A model generated the notes under the pieces. The model was not told the origin of the DNA. It saw only the letters and a list, made by a program, of their open reading frames with translations, and made no database searches. A program made the translations under genes and the position numbers. A DNA stretch of 64,000 bases from the human T2T-CHM13v2.0 reference genome, Homo sapiens: positions 22,208,001-22,272,000 of the forward strand of contig CP086569.2 of the NCBI GenBank assembly GCA_009914755.4. Direction: 5' to 3'. How positions within the stretch are numbered: the first letter of the stretch is position 1; each line of letters begins with the position of its first letter. Shown here piece after piece: positions 50,695 to 62,252 of this stretch.

Positions 50695-51132
50695 AGACGT
50701 GGAGCGGACAGTGTACCCCGTTCAAATTGGAGGCTCTGCTGGAGAGGACAGCCAGGGCACAGAGCGTGGAGGCGCCCTAGGGGGAGGAGAAGGTGCTGCT
50801 GTGGACGATATCGTGGCAGTGGTCCAGGTGGTGGTCGAGGAGAAGTCCGATATGGAGAGGCAGGAGGAGGATCAGCGGGCACGGCCATGCCCTGGCCCCA
50901 GCACTCCCCAGCCAGTAACAGACTCGTTGGAACTCCGTGAATGCCCCAGGCCGCATGGCCTGCCAGCGGCTGAGGTAGAAGCTTTGGCAGAGGTTCCTGC
51001 CCGGCCTCCGGAGAGAGCAATGAGGACAGGTTGTGCGGCTCCGATCCCAGGCAGCATCTAGGGGTGAATGTTTACAGCTCCTGAATCCCCAGCGGCCATG
51101 TGTTATACGATGTTAATTTAGTTTATCCATCT
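50695..51132 (+). pseudogene. TSPY (family): TSPY-like exon 1 remnant with CpG-island-like composition (about 22 CpG in 430 bp, GC about 60%). A candidate donor 'gtaggc' lies at 51133.
   Basis: See the TSPY-like entry above. CpG dinucleotides were counted directly in 50700-51130. 'ccatct|gtaggcggc' fits a splice donor after the 'MLSYMVSL'-like residues. Confidence 0.5.
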
Positions 51133-51289
51133 GTAGGCGGCTTGTGTTAGCTCAATAAGACACTCTGCCTTACCGCAAAAACAGAAGGCTTTCTGGATCC
51201 CGGGGTTTCCTGCCTTGGCTCACACGTGGGCTTGGAGAATAAGTGCAAGGTTTCATTGAGTGGAAGTTGTCAGCAGATGGATGGTGAGC

Positions 51290-51600
51290 CAGAAGGGAGA
51301 TGGAATGGGAACATATGCACACCCGTGCCTGTGTGCCTTTGTGTACCTTGGTTTGGGGGGGCCCACACTCCAGCCCACAGATGTGCCTCAAACTCAGCTC
51401 TTGCGCTGGCAAGCAGGGCACCACCAGGTTTGGCAATCCAAATTCAGGACCCCTGAAGCCTACACGCTAGGGAGACGCGAAGAGTCCTCATGGTTCTCAC
51501 AAATGGCAGAGGGAGGAGGAAAAGGGTGGCTGGCTCAAGCTACCTAGAGGAGATGCCATGGACCAGAAATGATATTTGGAGGGAAACAAAACCTAGCTGG
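51290..51600 (+). repeat. About 300-bp direct repeat, copy B1 (pairs with 52170-52460), inside the TSPY-like locus
   Basis: 'tgcacacccgtgcctgtgtgcctttgtgtaccttggtttggggg..cccacactccagcccacagatgtgcctcaaactcagctcttgcgctgg...gcctacacgctagggagacgcgaagagtcctcatggttctcacaaatggcagagggaggaggaaaagggtggctgg' is nearly identical to B2. Confidence 0.85.
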
Positions 51601-52169
51601 TGCACGTGGGTCCCTTCCACGCCTTGAGGCCTGTTAACACCTGGGGCTCAGTTAGGCTCAACTAAGGCCCTCTTACCCTCCACGCAGAGGTGCACAGGAG
51701 GCAAACCCAGGTCTACGTCCTTCTAGAGTGGCCAGTCCTATCATGTTCTGTTTCAATGACTCCAGGGTCCCCTGACATGCTTTCTCCCTCTGCCACCCTC
51801 ACTCATGCTTCCCCAGCACTGAGACATTTCCTATGACATTAAAAAACAGACATAAAATTTGTAAAATACCTTAATACTATAGATGCAGATAAAGTAATTT
51901 GTTATGAAAAGTGCTCTTCCTCCTTACTTGTATCAGTCTTTTTCATGATGGGGGAAAGAATGCAACATACTTTGGTAAATTAAAAAAGTATAAAAGTAAA
52001 AATAAATCCCACTGTAGATGATCAATTAAATGGCAAGGAACCTTCTGTGTGTGTCCAGCGAAGCAATGTGGCTGAGCATTAAGGCTCACCTGAGTATTGG
52101 TGTAGACACCCAGTTTCCCTCATACCAGTGTGAGTGTGGGCATGTTCCCACCTGCGTGTCTGAGCTGGT

Positions 52170-52460
52170 GCACGAGTGTGCACACCTGTGCCTGTGTACC
52201 TTTGTGTACCTTGGTTTGTTGGGGGACACACTCCTGCCCACAGGTGTGCCTCAAACTCAGCTCTTGAGCTGGGAAACAGGGAGCCGCCAGGTTTCGCAAT
52301 CCAACTTCAGGACCTGAGAAGCCTGCGCGCTAGGGAGACGCAGAGTCCTCATGGTTCTCCAAACGGCAGAGGGAGGAGGAAAAGGGTGGCTGGCGTAAGC
52401 TACATAGAGGAGATGTCATGGACCTGAAATGACATTCGGAGGGAAATGAAACCTAGCAGC
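52170..52460 (+). repeat. About 300-bp direct repeat, copy B2
   Basis: 'tgcacacctgtgcctgtgtacctttgtgtaccttggtttgttgggggacacactcctgcccacaggtgtgcctcaaactcagctcttgagctggg...gcctgcgcgctagggagacgcagagtcctcatggttctccaaacggcagagggaggaggaaaagggtggctgg'. Confidence 0.85.
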
Positions 52461-54910
52461 TGTTTCTATCTTCCTGTGTGTTCAGTCGGGGCATTCAGGG
52501 AAGAAGCAATGGAAACTGAGGGGCTTTGGGATTCGTTGTCTGGGAATCCCTGTGCACCAGAGAGTGCCCAGCCCATGAGACAGGAGGACAGCATGTGGGT
52601 CCGGCAGGGCCTGAGTCTCCAGGGAGGCTGGCATTCTCCCCAAGAGGGCATGGGTCGGCAGGTGGAGGAGAAACCCGGGCTGCGGGGTCAGGTAGATGAG
52701 ACACTTATCACTTAGTCAGGTGGTAGCTCAGAAACAGGCCGGTGACACCCAGTTCCAGTGCTTCATGTGCGCACACAAGCTTCGCCCCACGCATCCTCTC
52801 CAGGATGCCTCACCTGGGTGGATAGGAAGCAAGGCACACCGCATCCTAAGCTTATGGTCATGAGTGGACCCAGAGGGGGGTCTCCAGTATCACTGGTCCC
52901 AGGAGAGGCAGGCATGCATGGTCTCTTCAAGACAGGGGTAAAATGCATAAGCCCAACTCTCCACCCAGTGGGTGTCTTGCCCTGATGATGTCAGCCATGG
53001 CAGATACAGCTCTTCCACCTAGATTGCAGATCCACAGGCTTAAAACATCCCCCGGCATTCTCCGGGAATGGTCCCTGGACTCTGGACCAGCCAGTGCCCC
53101 AGGACTGTTCCTTCCCAGCCGCCAAGCTCATGGGAGGCTCAGTGGGGACTCTCCTCCTAGTACATGGCCATCCACAGGCACTGTCAACAACCCAGGGCCC
53201 TTCTACATTCTGGGGTCCTGCCACCTTACCCAGCAGCGGGATAATGGGAAGGGAAAGAGCTGGAACAGACAGAGTGGAGGCCACAAGCCTCACACTCCTG
53301 CATGGCAAGTGAAGGGGGGGGATCCTTTTCAGCCCAGGGAGCTGCTTCCTGAACATACCTGGAAGCCCAGCACAAGCTGAGGGATTCATTCCACTACAGC
53401 TGGGCATGGGGGATTTCAATGTGTGTCGGAGCCCTGGATCCTAGTCGCCCTACCAGGTGTACTTCTCCTCCAGGTCACATTATGTTCACAACCTCTTTAA
53501 CCCAGATGGACTCCTCCTCATCATCACATGGTGTTGGCTGTAAGGGTTACTTCTGGTGCCCCAGCTGCTGTTTCAAGGTGCAGAGATGGACCAGCAGACC
53601 CCTGAGTCCTTGTCCTCCTGTCCAAGTAATATCCATAGAAATAGTAAAATAGTGGCACGTTAGACCTCTTGACATTTTTAAGGCTGACATGTTTACAAGC
53701 ATTTCATCCAGATATTTATGAGTTTTTATCTCATTTATTTTATTTATTTATAGCTGTCATTTCAAAATCTATTTTTGCTTGAGAGTTATTTATACATGTA
53801 ACCAAATGTTCAGAGCTATGACATATAGGTTTCAAGGTTAAAAGTCTGTATCTGCTATTGTGTTGGGTAAAACCCATCCAGCACTTACAAAAATAATTAT
53901 TGATTAGGCATGGCCACTGTAGTGGTCTAAAACACACTTTGAAATTCTTCTCAAACTCATTTGAAAATATTCCTGATGTAACTGAACATAGTACTTGCTT
54001 CTAATGCTTTCTAATAGAAAACAGGGCAAGCATTTTCTAGATACTGGGCCACCTCTGGCGTAGGCTAGAAAAGGTGACACAGCTGTGCCTAAGTCTCCTG
54101 CTTTCATGGGGACAAACCCCTTAGGAGAGCCCTGGACCAGTACATCACGAAGTCTAACACCCTGATAACACTATACAGAAGGGACATGCCATGGAAAGAC
54201 TCATAGAAATAGGAGATGCCCAAGGATCTCAGCATTCCAGCCCCAGCTATTTGAGTCATGCTAGCCATGGAACCAGGGAGACAGGAAGACAACTGACAAT
54301 GTCCCCATCCTGAGCCATCACTAGACTGCATCCTCCTGAGTGCCCCTGAACCACAATCATTTGGCTGAGAGACTACGGAAGATTGCAGAGACTGAGAGTT
54401 AGTAAATTATAATGATTGTTTTAAGCCATTACATTTTAGATAATTTTGAAAAGCTCTTTAGACTCCTAGAAAAACTGAGTTGTCTACTGATTTGAATAAT
54501 TGTGGAGAGCTTTAAAGGCCAATGTCACGAATGCTAATACCCTGGAAAAGTCAAACTATCAAGACTCTTCAAAACACAACAGATCTTTAATGTCCCTTTG
54601 CTATGGCTGGAGAATAATCTAACATGTATCTGATAGACCTTTTGGAAAGCCTCTGTTCACATCTCTCGGCCTGGTATGGGTCAACTCTGGTCTGGTTTAA
54701 TTCTAGGCAACTGCAGCAGCTCACCTTTCATTTTAGGTCGTGGCCTACACTGATTTTTTGATCACTGACTGTGTCTGTGTCTGTGCGTGTATGTTTTGTG
54801 TGTTACCATACTTTATCCGAAAGACCTAAATAATAGTGTTATAGTTTTTTTGTGAACATAAAGCATTCCAGGAAGACAATATTGCTTATCTACTGAGCTT
54901 TAAAACAGAT

Positions 54911-55185
54911 ATGAGGCAGGGCACAGAGGCTCACAGGTGCATTCCCAGCAGTTTGGCAGGCCAAGGTGGGCAGATTTCTTGATGTCAGGAGTTTGAGACG
55001 AGCCTGGACAACATGGCAAGATCTCATGTCTAATATCATATGAAAGCTAGCCAGCCTTGGTGGCCCATGCATATTATCCCAAACCCTGGGGACAGAGTTT
55101 GCCCTGTATTAAGATTATGCCACTGTGCTCCAGCCTGGGCACCAGAGTGAGACTCTGTCTCAGAAATAAAAACAAATAATAAAAT
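54911..55185 (+). mobile_element. Alu SINE (older, diverged)
   Basis: 'gaggcagggcacagaggctcacaggtgcattcccagcagtttggcaggccaaggtgggcag...gccactgtgctccagcctgggcaccagagtgagactctgtctcag'. Confidence 0.9.
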
Positions 55186-55231
55186 ACTAAAATAGATAGG
55201 AGAGATCACTGAAGAGAGAAATGAATAAAAC

Positions 55232-55535
55232 TGGGTGGGTATTGTGGCTTATGCCTGAAATCCCAGCACTTTGAGAGTCTGAGGTGGGTGGATCACTTGA
55301 AGACAGGAGTTCGAGACCAGCCTGAGCAAATATTGTGAAAACTGGTCTCTACTAAAAATACAAAAAAGAAAAAATAGGTAGGATTAGTGTCATATGCCTG
55401 CAGTTGCAGCTGCTCAGGAGGGTGTGACTGGACAATTGCTTGAACCCAGGATGGGGAGGTTGTAGTGAGCTGAGATCATGCCACTGCACACCAGCCTAGG
55501 CAACAGAGCAGAATTCTGTCTTCAAAAAAAATCAA
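55232..55535 (+). mobile_element. Alu SINE followed by a (GGAA)n/(GAAGG)n simple repeat, 55540-55650
   Basis: 'gggtgggtattgtggcttatgcctgaaatcccagcactttgagagtctgaggtgggtggatcacttgaagacaggagttcgagaccagcctg...' is followed by 'gggaggaaggaaggaaggaagaatggaaggaaggaaggttggagggagggaggg'. Confidence 0.9.
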
Positions 55536-56261
55536 AGAGAGAAAAAGAGAGAGGGAGGAAGGAAGGAAGGAAGAATGGAAGGAAGGAAGGTTGGAGGGAG
55601 GGAGGGAATAAGGAAGGGAGAGAAGAGAGAATGAAAGGTATAAAACCAACAGGAAATGAATAAAAATAAAAACTTGCCATTTTGCCCATTATCCACATGA
55701 ATTTTTGAACTATGTTTAAAACAATATTTAGGTCTCTAGTCGACTAACTGAAAGTTTAAAATAAGCTAGTGTATATTGTCAAAATTACTCATGTAACTAT
55801 GGTATTAACTAACATTCTTGTAGTTTTCAACAACCAAATCATTTTAATGTTTATCATCAAATCACATACTAGTGAGTGCAGGGTAGTCTGTTATGCTGCC
55901 TAATCTACACTAAATTAAAAATGAAATCAAATCTGCAAAAGGCTTTACAGTTACTATTACCAGTAAAGACTGTTTTGTTTCCTGACTTGTGGAGGTTTTT
56001 ATTTCCACAGTGTTGAGGGCTCTGGCAGAAAGCTTTCTTGGTCCAAACTCACCACTTATCATCACAGTATTTATGTGTCAGGCATTAAGGGGAATGAGCA
56101 TCCAATCCCACTGCTTTTCTGCATTGGTTCCCATGCACAAGCAAATGTGCTGTGTTAGTGATTATCAAATATTCTTACATTTGATCAAGGAAATTTGTGT
56201 TTTCCAAACTGTAAAACAAAAATATTACTATCAGTTGTATTTTTATTATTTATTTACTTAG

Positions 56262-56395
56262 AGGCAGGGTGTTGCTCTGTCATCAGGCTGAATCATACAT
56301 CACTGTAGTGCCAGACTTTTGGGCTCAGAGGATCCTCCAACAGCAGCCTCCCAAAGTACTGAAATTACAGACCTAAGACATTGCACTCAGCCTCA
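56262..56395 (-). mobile_element. Alu monomer-like (FLAM/FRAM-like) fragment
   Basis: 'gaggcagggtgttgctctgtcatcaggctgaatcatacatcactgtagtgccagacttttgggctcagaggatcctccaacagcagcctcccaaagtactgaaattacag' is Alu-like in reverse complement. Confidence 0.6.
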
Positions 56396-56636
56396 AGTTT
56401 AGAGAGAAAGGCTAAGGAATATATTGTAAACTATGTAAATAAACATAATTGCATGCTCTCTAGAGAGCTGGAAGAAACCCCTGCAAAACTGCCATTGTGG
56501 ACAAGGCTGCTGACAACAATGTAATGCAAGCAAAGGAGTGGGTCCTTCCCCACTGAGCCTTCAGATGATACCAGAGGCCAGCTTGGCATTTCCACTGCAG
56601 CTTTTTGAGAGAACATGAAACATAGGTGTCTGCGTT

Positions 56637-56667
<31 letters not shown>

Positions 56668-56668
56668 A
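56637..56668. repeat. (TG)n microsatellite
   Basis: 'gcgtgtgtgtgtgtgtgtgtgtgtgtgtgtaagc'. Confidence 0.95.
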
Positions 56669-57979
56669 AGCATACATACAGAACCTGTTGAACAAACTAG
56701 GATCACCCACACAATGGAATATGATGTAGCTTTTTGTAGATCTGGTAGAATTCATCCGAATCTATCAGTTTCTGGGCTTTTTTTTTTTGGCTGGTTGGTC
56801 ACTTATTACTAATAATTCCATTTTGGAAATTGAAATTGGTCAGGTTGGAGCTGAGACTGTGTCCACTTACATTCTCTTGTGGAACACAGAATGGCATGCT
56901 TGTAATTTTGGCTGTGATGGTTACTGGAAGGTCTCTGCACAGATAGGCTAGCTTTCTGCCAGCAGCAAGAGGGCCTAGGACTGACAATCAGCTCCCTTGA
57001 TATCTGCTGTTGAACAGTGGGAAGAGCTAGAGCTGAGACTGGGATTCTCTGTTTCTGAATAAAGTCATGTGCTCTAGAGATTCTAACGCCCCAGTGATTT
57101 CCATTAGATATATCAGAAGTGATCTTCCTTCCAGGGGTACTAAGGCTTATTATATAAACTACTTGCCCACTGCATCCAGGTAGGGCCAGAAACTTCATCC
57201 TTCACTACTAAATTGCCTCTGCTTTTCAGCCTGGGGATGGGTGGAGCACACAGGGCTAGGATGGTCAAAAGTATGGCAGCTGAGATTGGGTGGGGACACA
57301 TGCCCCTTCTGTGGATAATCACCAAGCTGCCTCTTTGTCACAGCCTTGGAATTTTGCAGAGAAAATCACTGTGGGATTTGGCAGTTAGTCAGTGATTTGA
57401 GCCTGGCAGACCCATCAACCATGGTTTGTTGCTGCAGAATAATGCTGTTGCTTCCCTTCTCTGACGGTGCACCTCTGCTGGCTGGAATGCAAAGCCACTG
57501 GTAAGATTACTGTTATGATCCCTGTAAGCCCCATCCATGTACTTTGTTTCTAACTGACCCCAGTTGTCTGATACCCGCAATGTTTCCCACAGGGTAAGAC
57601 TAGAGAGAACATCACGTGAAGAATTGCAAAATGGAAAAGAAAAGGCTGAATGTACACCTTCAACTCTCTCCTCCCTGAAGAAACTGTGAGTCCGGGGAAA
57701 TTTTTTGTACGCAACACTATGCTGGCTTGGGGGGGAGAAAAGTATCACATTAAAACTGTTATTTTATCCTATTTGTGTGGCTATTCTTAGTTCTACAGTC
57801 GAAGAAGGTGTCACAGATTCAATCGCAAGTTATGGAATCATTCACTAAGGTGTCCTTACCTAAGGATAGTTGTGAGTTAAGGTTTTTGTTTCTCAGAGAG
57901 GGAGGGAGTTAGTAGAATCGCAGAATGCCTGTTGTGTCACATCAGACCCCAGAAACAGGCAAGTTGAAAGACTGCTCCA

Positions 57980-58290
<311 letters not shown>

Positions 58291-58483
58291 CTAAGGGAGG
58301 AGGAGTTTAAAAGGTTGGGGTGCTTCCATGGAGAAGCTGAAAGCTAGAGCAAGCCAAGGGTTGGATTTAAGGAAGAGCTCACGGGACCATTGAAAACCAC
58401 CTCTTTGTCCTCTATGGAATGAAGGAAATAGTGAATTCTGAGCTCCACTGCTTACTGATATAGGCAAGTTATCAACCAGAGAT

Positions 58484-58927
58484 ACATGTCTTAATCTGTT
58501 TGTGTTCCTAAAAAAGACTGTGAGACTGGGAAATTTATAAAGAAAAGAGCTTTCATTGGATCCTGGTTCTGCAGGCTGTAAAAGATGTGTGGTGCCAGCA
58601 TCTGCATCTGGTGAGAGCCTCACCAGGCTTCCACTCAGGATGGAACATAAAAGGAAAACAGTCACGTCATGTGTGGAGAGAAGAGAAGGGGAGAGAGAGA
58701 AGAGGAGAAGGTATAAGGCTCTTTTCAACAAACTATTTGGATGTAATCTAGACTGTGGCAATAATACGGTGGAAAACTCACTTATTAACCATTGCAAGGC
58801 AGCCAGGCTATTTATGAGGGATCCATCCCCATGACCCAAACAAACACCTCCCACTAGGTGTCATTTACAGTGTGGAGGACCATATTTCAACCTGAGACTT
58901 GGAGGAAAAAATGTCCAAACTACATCA
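58484..58927 (-). mobile_element. MaLR LTR (THE1/MST-like), minus orientation
   Basis: The plus strand reads as the reverse complement of the THE1 consensus: 'gactgtgagactgggaaatttataaagaaaagag' is followed by 'gttctgcaggctgtaaaagatgtg...cagtcacgtcatgtg...ccatccccatgacccaaacaaacacctcccactaggtgtcatttacagtgtggaggaccatatttcaacctgagacttgg...ccaaactacatca'. The track ORF 58291-58854(-) lies inside it. Confidence 0.8.
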
Positions 58928-59270
58928 ATAGGCAAGTTTAAAAATCATGCAGAGTTATTGTAAAACAATCCTTTTTCCTCTTTAGAATCCTGGAACTACA
59001 AAATGCTGGGATTCATTAGCTTCCAGAGATTGGTAAGTTAGTGTGCAAACTCTTAGGCAGCAACCTGAGAAGTCAAGGCCATAGTTGAGTAGTTCGACTT
59101 CTTGGAAGGAAAATTTAGAAGCTCAGTATATTGCTAGAGTGAGTGATTATGAAGACTGATGAGAAATGCCTATGTGCCTGCTCTCAGAGGACCTTGACAG
59201 ATCCAAAAGTCAAAATTAGAAACAAGATACCTGGGCAAAAGCTATAAAAGTCAAGATAAGGCTGGGTGCA

Positions 59271-59580
59271 GGCTCATGCCTGTAATCCCAGCACTTTGGC
59301 AGGATGAGGAAGGTGGATGAGCTGAGGTCAGGAGTTTGAGACCAGCCTGACCAACATTGTGAAAACTTGTCTCTACTAAGAAATACAAAAGTTAGCCTGG
59401 CATGGTCACAGGTGCCTCAGGAGGCTGAGACAGGGGAATATCCGTTACTCAGGAGGCTGAGACAGGGGAACCACTTGAGCCTGGGAGGCAGAGTTTTCAG
59501 TGAGCCGAGATCATGCTATTGCACTCCAGCCTGTGCAGCAGAGCAAGACTCCATCTCAAAAGAAAAAAGAAGAAAAAAAG
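59271..59580 (+). mobile_element. Alu SINE with an internal 22-bp duplication and a target-site duplication of about 11 bp ('aaaagtcaaga')
   Basis: It runs 'ggctgggtgcaggctcatgcctgtaatcccagcactttggcagg...' and contains 'caggaggctgagacaggggaatatccgttactcaggaggctgagacaggggaaccacttgagcc'. The flanks read 'ataaaagtcaagataag' and 'aaaaaagtcaagacg'. Confidence 0.95.
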
Positions 59581-60329
59581 TCAAGACGTTAGATGTACAA
59601 TCTAAGATTTTCGAGGAACAAGGTGGGAGCTGAGCTTTCTTGACTGCTTAAGATTCAGTAAACCAGGAGGAAACAGTTTTAGAAGTGCTTGAATGTCTAC
59701 TTAAATCCTTCTTTTATCTTGGAGGTCCTAGGAGAGCTTTGAATGCCAATCTGTGCTAGAATCCAGGGATAGGCAATCATTTCGTTAAGAAGCAGCTGTA
59801 ACAGTTGGGGCATTACATATGTGGTTTAATACTTCAGTCCTCTTAGAGAAGCTGTGAAATAACAGTTCTCTATTGACTCTAGGGTCATGTGTCAGCCACA
59901 AATTCTAGAACAAGATCATGATTCAGTTTTTCTTACTTCTTTTTAAGTGAGTATTTTCATAATCCTATGTGCAAGAGTATCTCAACTAGTTTCTGAGTTT
60001 ATCTCATAGGGAATTGATGTGGGTGTGGCTTTTTATTTGTTGCGTTTGTGGATGGAGGAACAAATTAGAGCCTCCTATTTTATCACCTTGTTGGAGATAC
60101 CCTTTTAATTTTTTACTTATTTAAAAAAATTTGTACATAACAGTTGTAAATACTTTTGGCATACATGTGATATTTTGATACAAGTAATGTGAACTGGTAA
60201 GCGAGGGATCAAAGAGGGGATGGGGGTGGGTTAAATTATACTTGCTTAGAAGGAATAATATCTAGTGTTCAGTGGCACAGGATGACTACACTTAATAATG
60301 ATTTATTGTACATCTCAAAATAATTAATA

Positions 60330-60610
60330 GAGCGAAGGTGGAATGTCTCCCAGGTTAAAGTGCATGGCACAATATCGGCTCAATGCAGCCTCAGCCTTCC
60401 AGGTTTAAACGATTCTCCTGCCTGAGCCTCCCAATTAATTGTAACACACTACAGGCAAATGCCACCACACTGGGCTAATTTTTATATTTTTGCTAGAGAA
60501 GGGATTTCATGGTGTTGGCCAGCCTGGTTTTCAACTCCTGACCTAAAGGTATCTGCAAGCCTCAGCTTCCCAAGTGTTGGAATTAAAGACCTGAGTCATC
60601 ACACCTGGAC
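60330..60610 (-). mobile_element. Alu SINE, minus orientation
   Basis: 'ggtggaatgtctcccaggttaaagtgcatggcacaatatcggctcaatgcagcctcagcc...ctgggctaatttttatatttttgctagagaagggatttcatggtgttggccagcctgg...gacctgagtcatcacacctgg'. Confidence 0.9.
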
Positions 60611-61080
60611 AGTAAGATACACAAGACTAGGGAGTTGTATCTTTTCACTTCATCCTCACAATCCTATGTTATAGGTGAATGAAAACACAAATTCATAACA
60701 TGAATAATTCACTTAAAAATCGAAGTTGGTAACTTCTCCCTTTAAAATTATTTGCACCCTTACCCTATAAAAAGTGATGATCTTGTAAAATTTTCTCAAG
60801 AAAATACTCCTTCCTTGCAGATTAGTCTGTTAATTGTAAAAGTTATGGACTTCAAAACTTCAGGAACTTCATGTGTTTCATTTCTTTAGGTTGTATAATC
60901 AGGAAAAGTAATTGGTTTAGTTATTTAGGTCCAAATATTTTTATTTTTAACATTCGATGATTTCTTAAACCTTTAAGCAATCCCATCTGAAACTTTATGC
61001 AGTTATGTTTTATACACTTCATTGTCCCAAAAGTGTGAGGTTTAAAGCATTTCCATTCATATCATCAATTAAATCTGATA

Positions 61081-61370
61081 GGCTGAGAGTGGTGGCTCAT
61101 GCCTGTAATCTTAGGATTACACTTTGGGAGTCTGAGGAGGATGGATCAGGATTTTAAAGAATGGCCTGGCAAACATGGTGAAATGCAGTCTGTACTAAAA
61201 ATACGAAAAATTAGCCAGCTGTGGTGCATACTTATCTAATACCAGTTACTCAGGATGCTGAGGCAGAAGAAGAGCTTGACCCAGAAGGCGGAGTTTGCAG
61301 TAAGCCAAGATGGAGCCACTGCACCCCCGCTTGGGTGACAAAGCTATGTTTCATCTCAAAAAAAAAAAAC
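61081..61370 (+). mobile_element. Alu SINE with a poly-A tail and a target-site duplication of about 10 bp ('aaatctgata'/'aaaactgata')
   Basis: It runs 'ggctgagagtggtggctcatgcctgtaatcttagg...' to 'ccactgcacccccgcttgggtgacaaagctatgtttcatctcaaaaaaaaaaa'. Confidence 0.95.
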
Positions 61371-62252
61371 TGATAAAATCCCAACCATTCTAAATTATTC
61401 CTATTTGTAAGAACTTATTACTAAACTGTTATAACAACCACTGCCAAAACTTTCAAGAAAAAATTATCATGAGTACCACCCAAGACAAAACACCTACTTT
61501 CCACTATTTAAACTAGGAACATTTAATTTCATCATGCTATGCACTTCAGAAACTTAGCTAGTTCAGTTTTGATTTAGGTTAAAAAAAAAAAAGGTTTCAT
61601 TATCATATCCTCTTTCAGTCACAGAACGCTTCAAGTAGAATGTTCCAGATGTTTTAAACTTTAGTATCAACCCCATCTATTTATTTCCTTTGACCTGTAC
61701 TATTCCTCTAAAAGATAAACGTTTTATGGTGAGGCAGACAGTTTTGTAGTCTTTCTGAAGGCTTCTCAAACATTTTAAGCTTGTAAGTTTTTAAAGAGAA
61801 ACAGCCTAATTAGAAAACTTGTGCCGCTTGCAAGGGAGATGTAACATATGCCTAATTTTGTATCTATTTATGTTCAAAGAAACAAAGGAAAATGTTCAGC
61901 AAACAACAGAATTTACTCTCCTATTGAATTTTCTTTTAAGCATGTGCAGCTAACCAATAACATCAGGAATTTTCTATTACTGTAAAATTTTATTCTGAAC
62001 ATTTTAATGTAGATATTACATCTAAACAGATAGTTTTCAAATAGCATTAACAAGTATGAAATTACTTTGAAGAAAATTATTTTTCCTTTGAATACCTCAA
62101 AACCTTCATGGAGGAAGTTAGTATCTACCTGTCTCCACAAAGCCCATATGCTTCTTTTAGTAATATGCAGGTAACAATGCAGAAATAACATTTCAATTTT
62201 CGATTTGCAAACAAGGTTTGGTATGCAATAACTATTATTTGGAATACTTGCT

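Larger units (their letters stand above)
50695..53600 (+). pseudogene. TSPY (family): TSPY-like (TSPY/NAP-family, Y-linked) gene copy. It is 5'-truncated at the L1 junction and is a probable pseudogene. GC-rich and CpG-rich, about 2.9 kb.
   Basis: Plus-frame translation of 50700-51060 is 'VQIGGSAGEDSQGTERGGALGGGEGAAVDDIVAVVQVVVEEKSDMERQEEDQRARPCPGPSTPQPVTDSLELRE...'. It aligns with the TSPY1 N-terminal region as I recall it ('[68 protein letters not shown]'). The first about 37 TSPY codons and the promoter are absent. The frame then hits TAG/TGA ('PIPGSI*G*MFTAPESPAAMCYTMLI*') where TSPY1 reads '[26 protein letters not shown]'. There is weaker C-terminal similarity near 53450-53560 ('SPYQVYFSSRSHYVHNLFN' against '[21 protein letters not shown]'). 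Overall size matches the ~2.8-kb TSPY gene. Confidence 0.55.

Noticed and set aside
50693-50776. Minus-strand 84-nt open segment flanked by a good acceptor ('ttctcctccccctag|') and donor ('|gtaagt'), which looked like an internal exon of a minus-strand gene inside the CpG island
   Set aside because: The same DNA read on the plus strand is the TSPY-like exon-1 homology, which is a far stronger signal. The splice-like motifs are antisense coincidences in GC-rich sequence, and there is no upstream or downstream partner exon.
50646-53419. Track ORFs of 120-145 aa on both strands in the GC-rich block (50646-51020-, 50699-51061+, 52943-53380+, 52991-53419-)
   Set aside because: Long open frames on both strands are expected in 60% GC sequence. 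The track treats TTG/GTG as starts. Only the plus-strand frame over 50700-51060 has recognisable (TSPY-like) homology, and it is interrupted by stops.
58291-58854. 187-aa minus-strand ORF
   Set aside because: It is entirely inside a MaLR (THE1/MST-like) LTR plus flanking unique sequence and has no coding homology.
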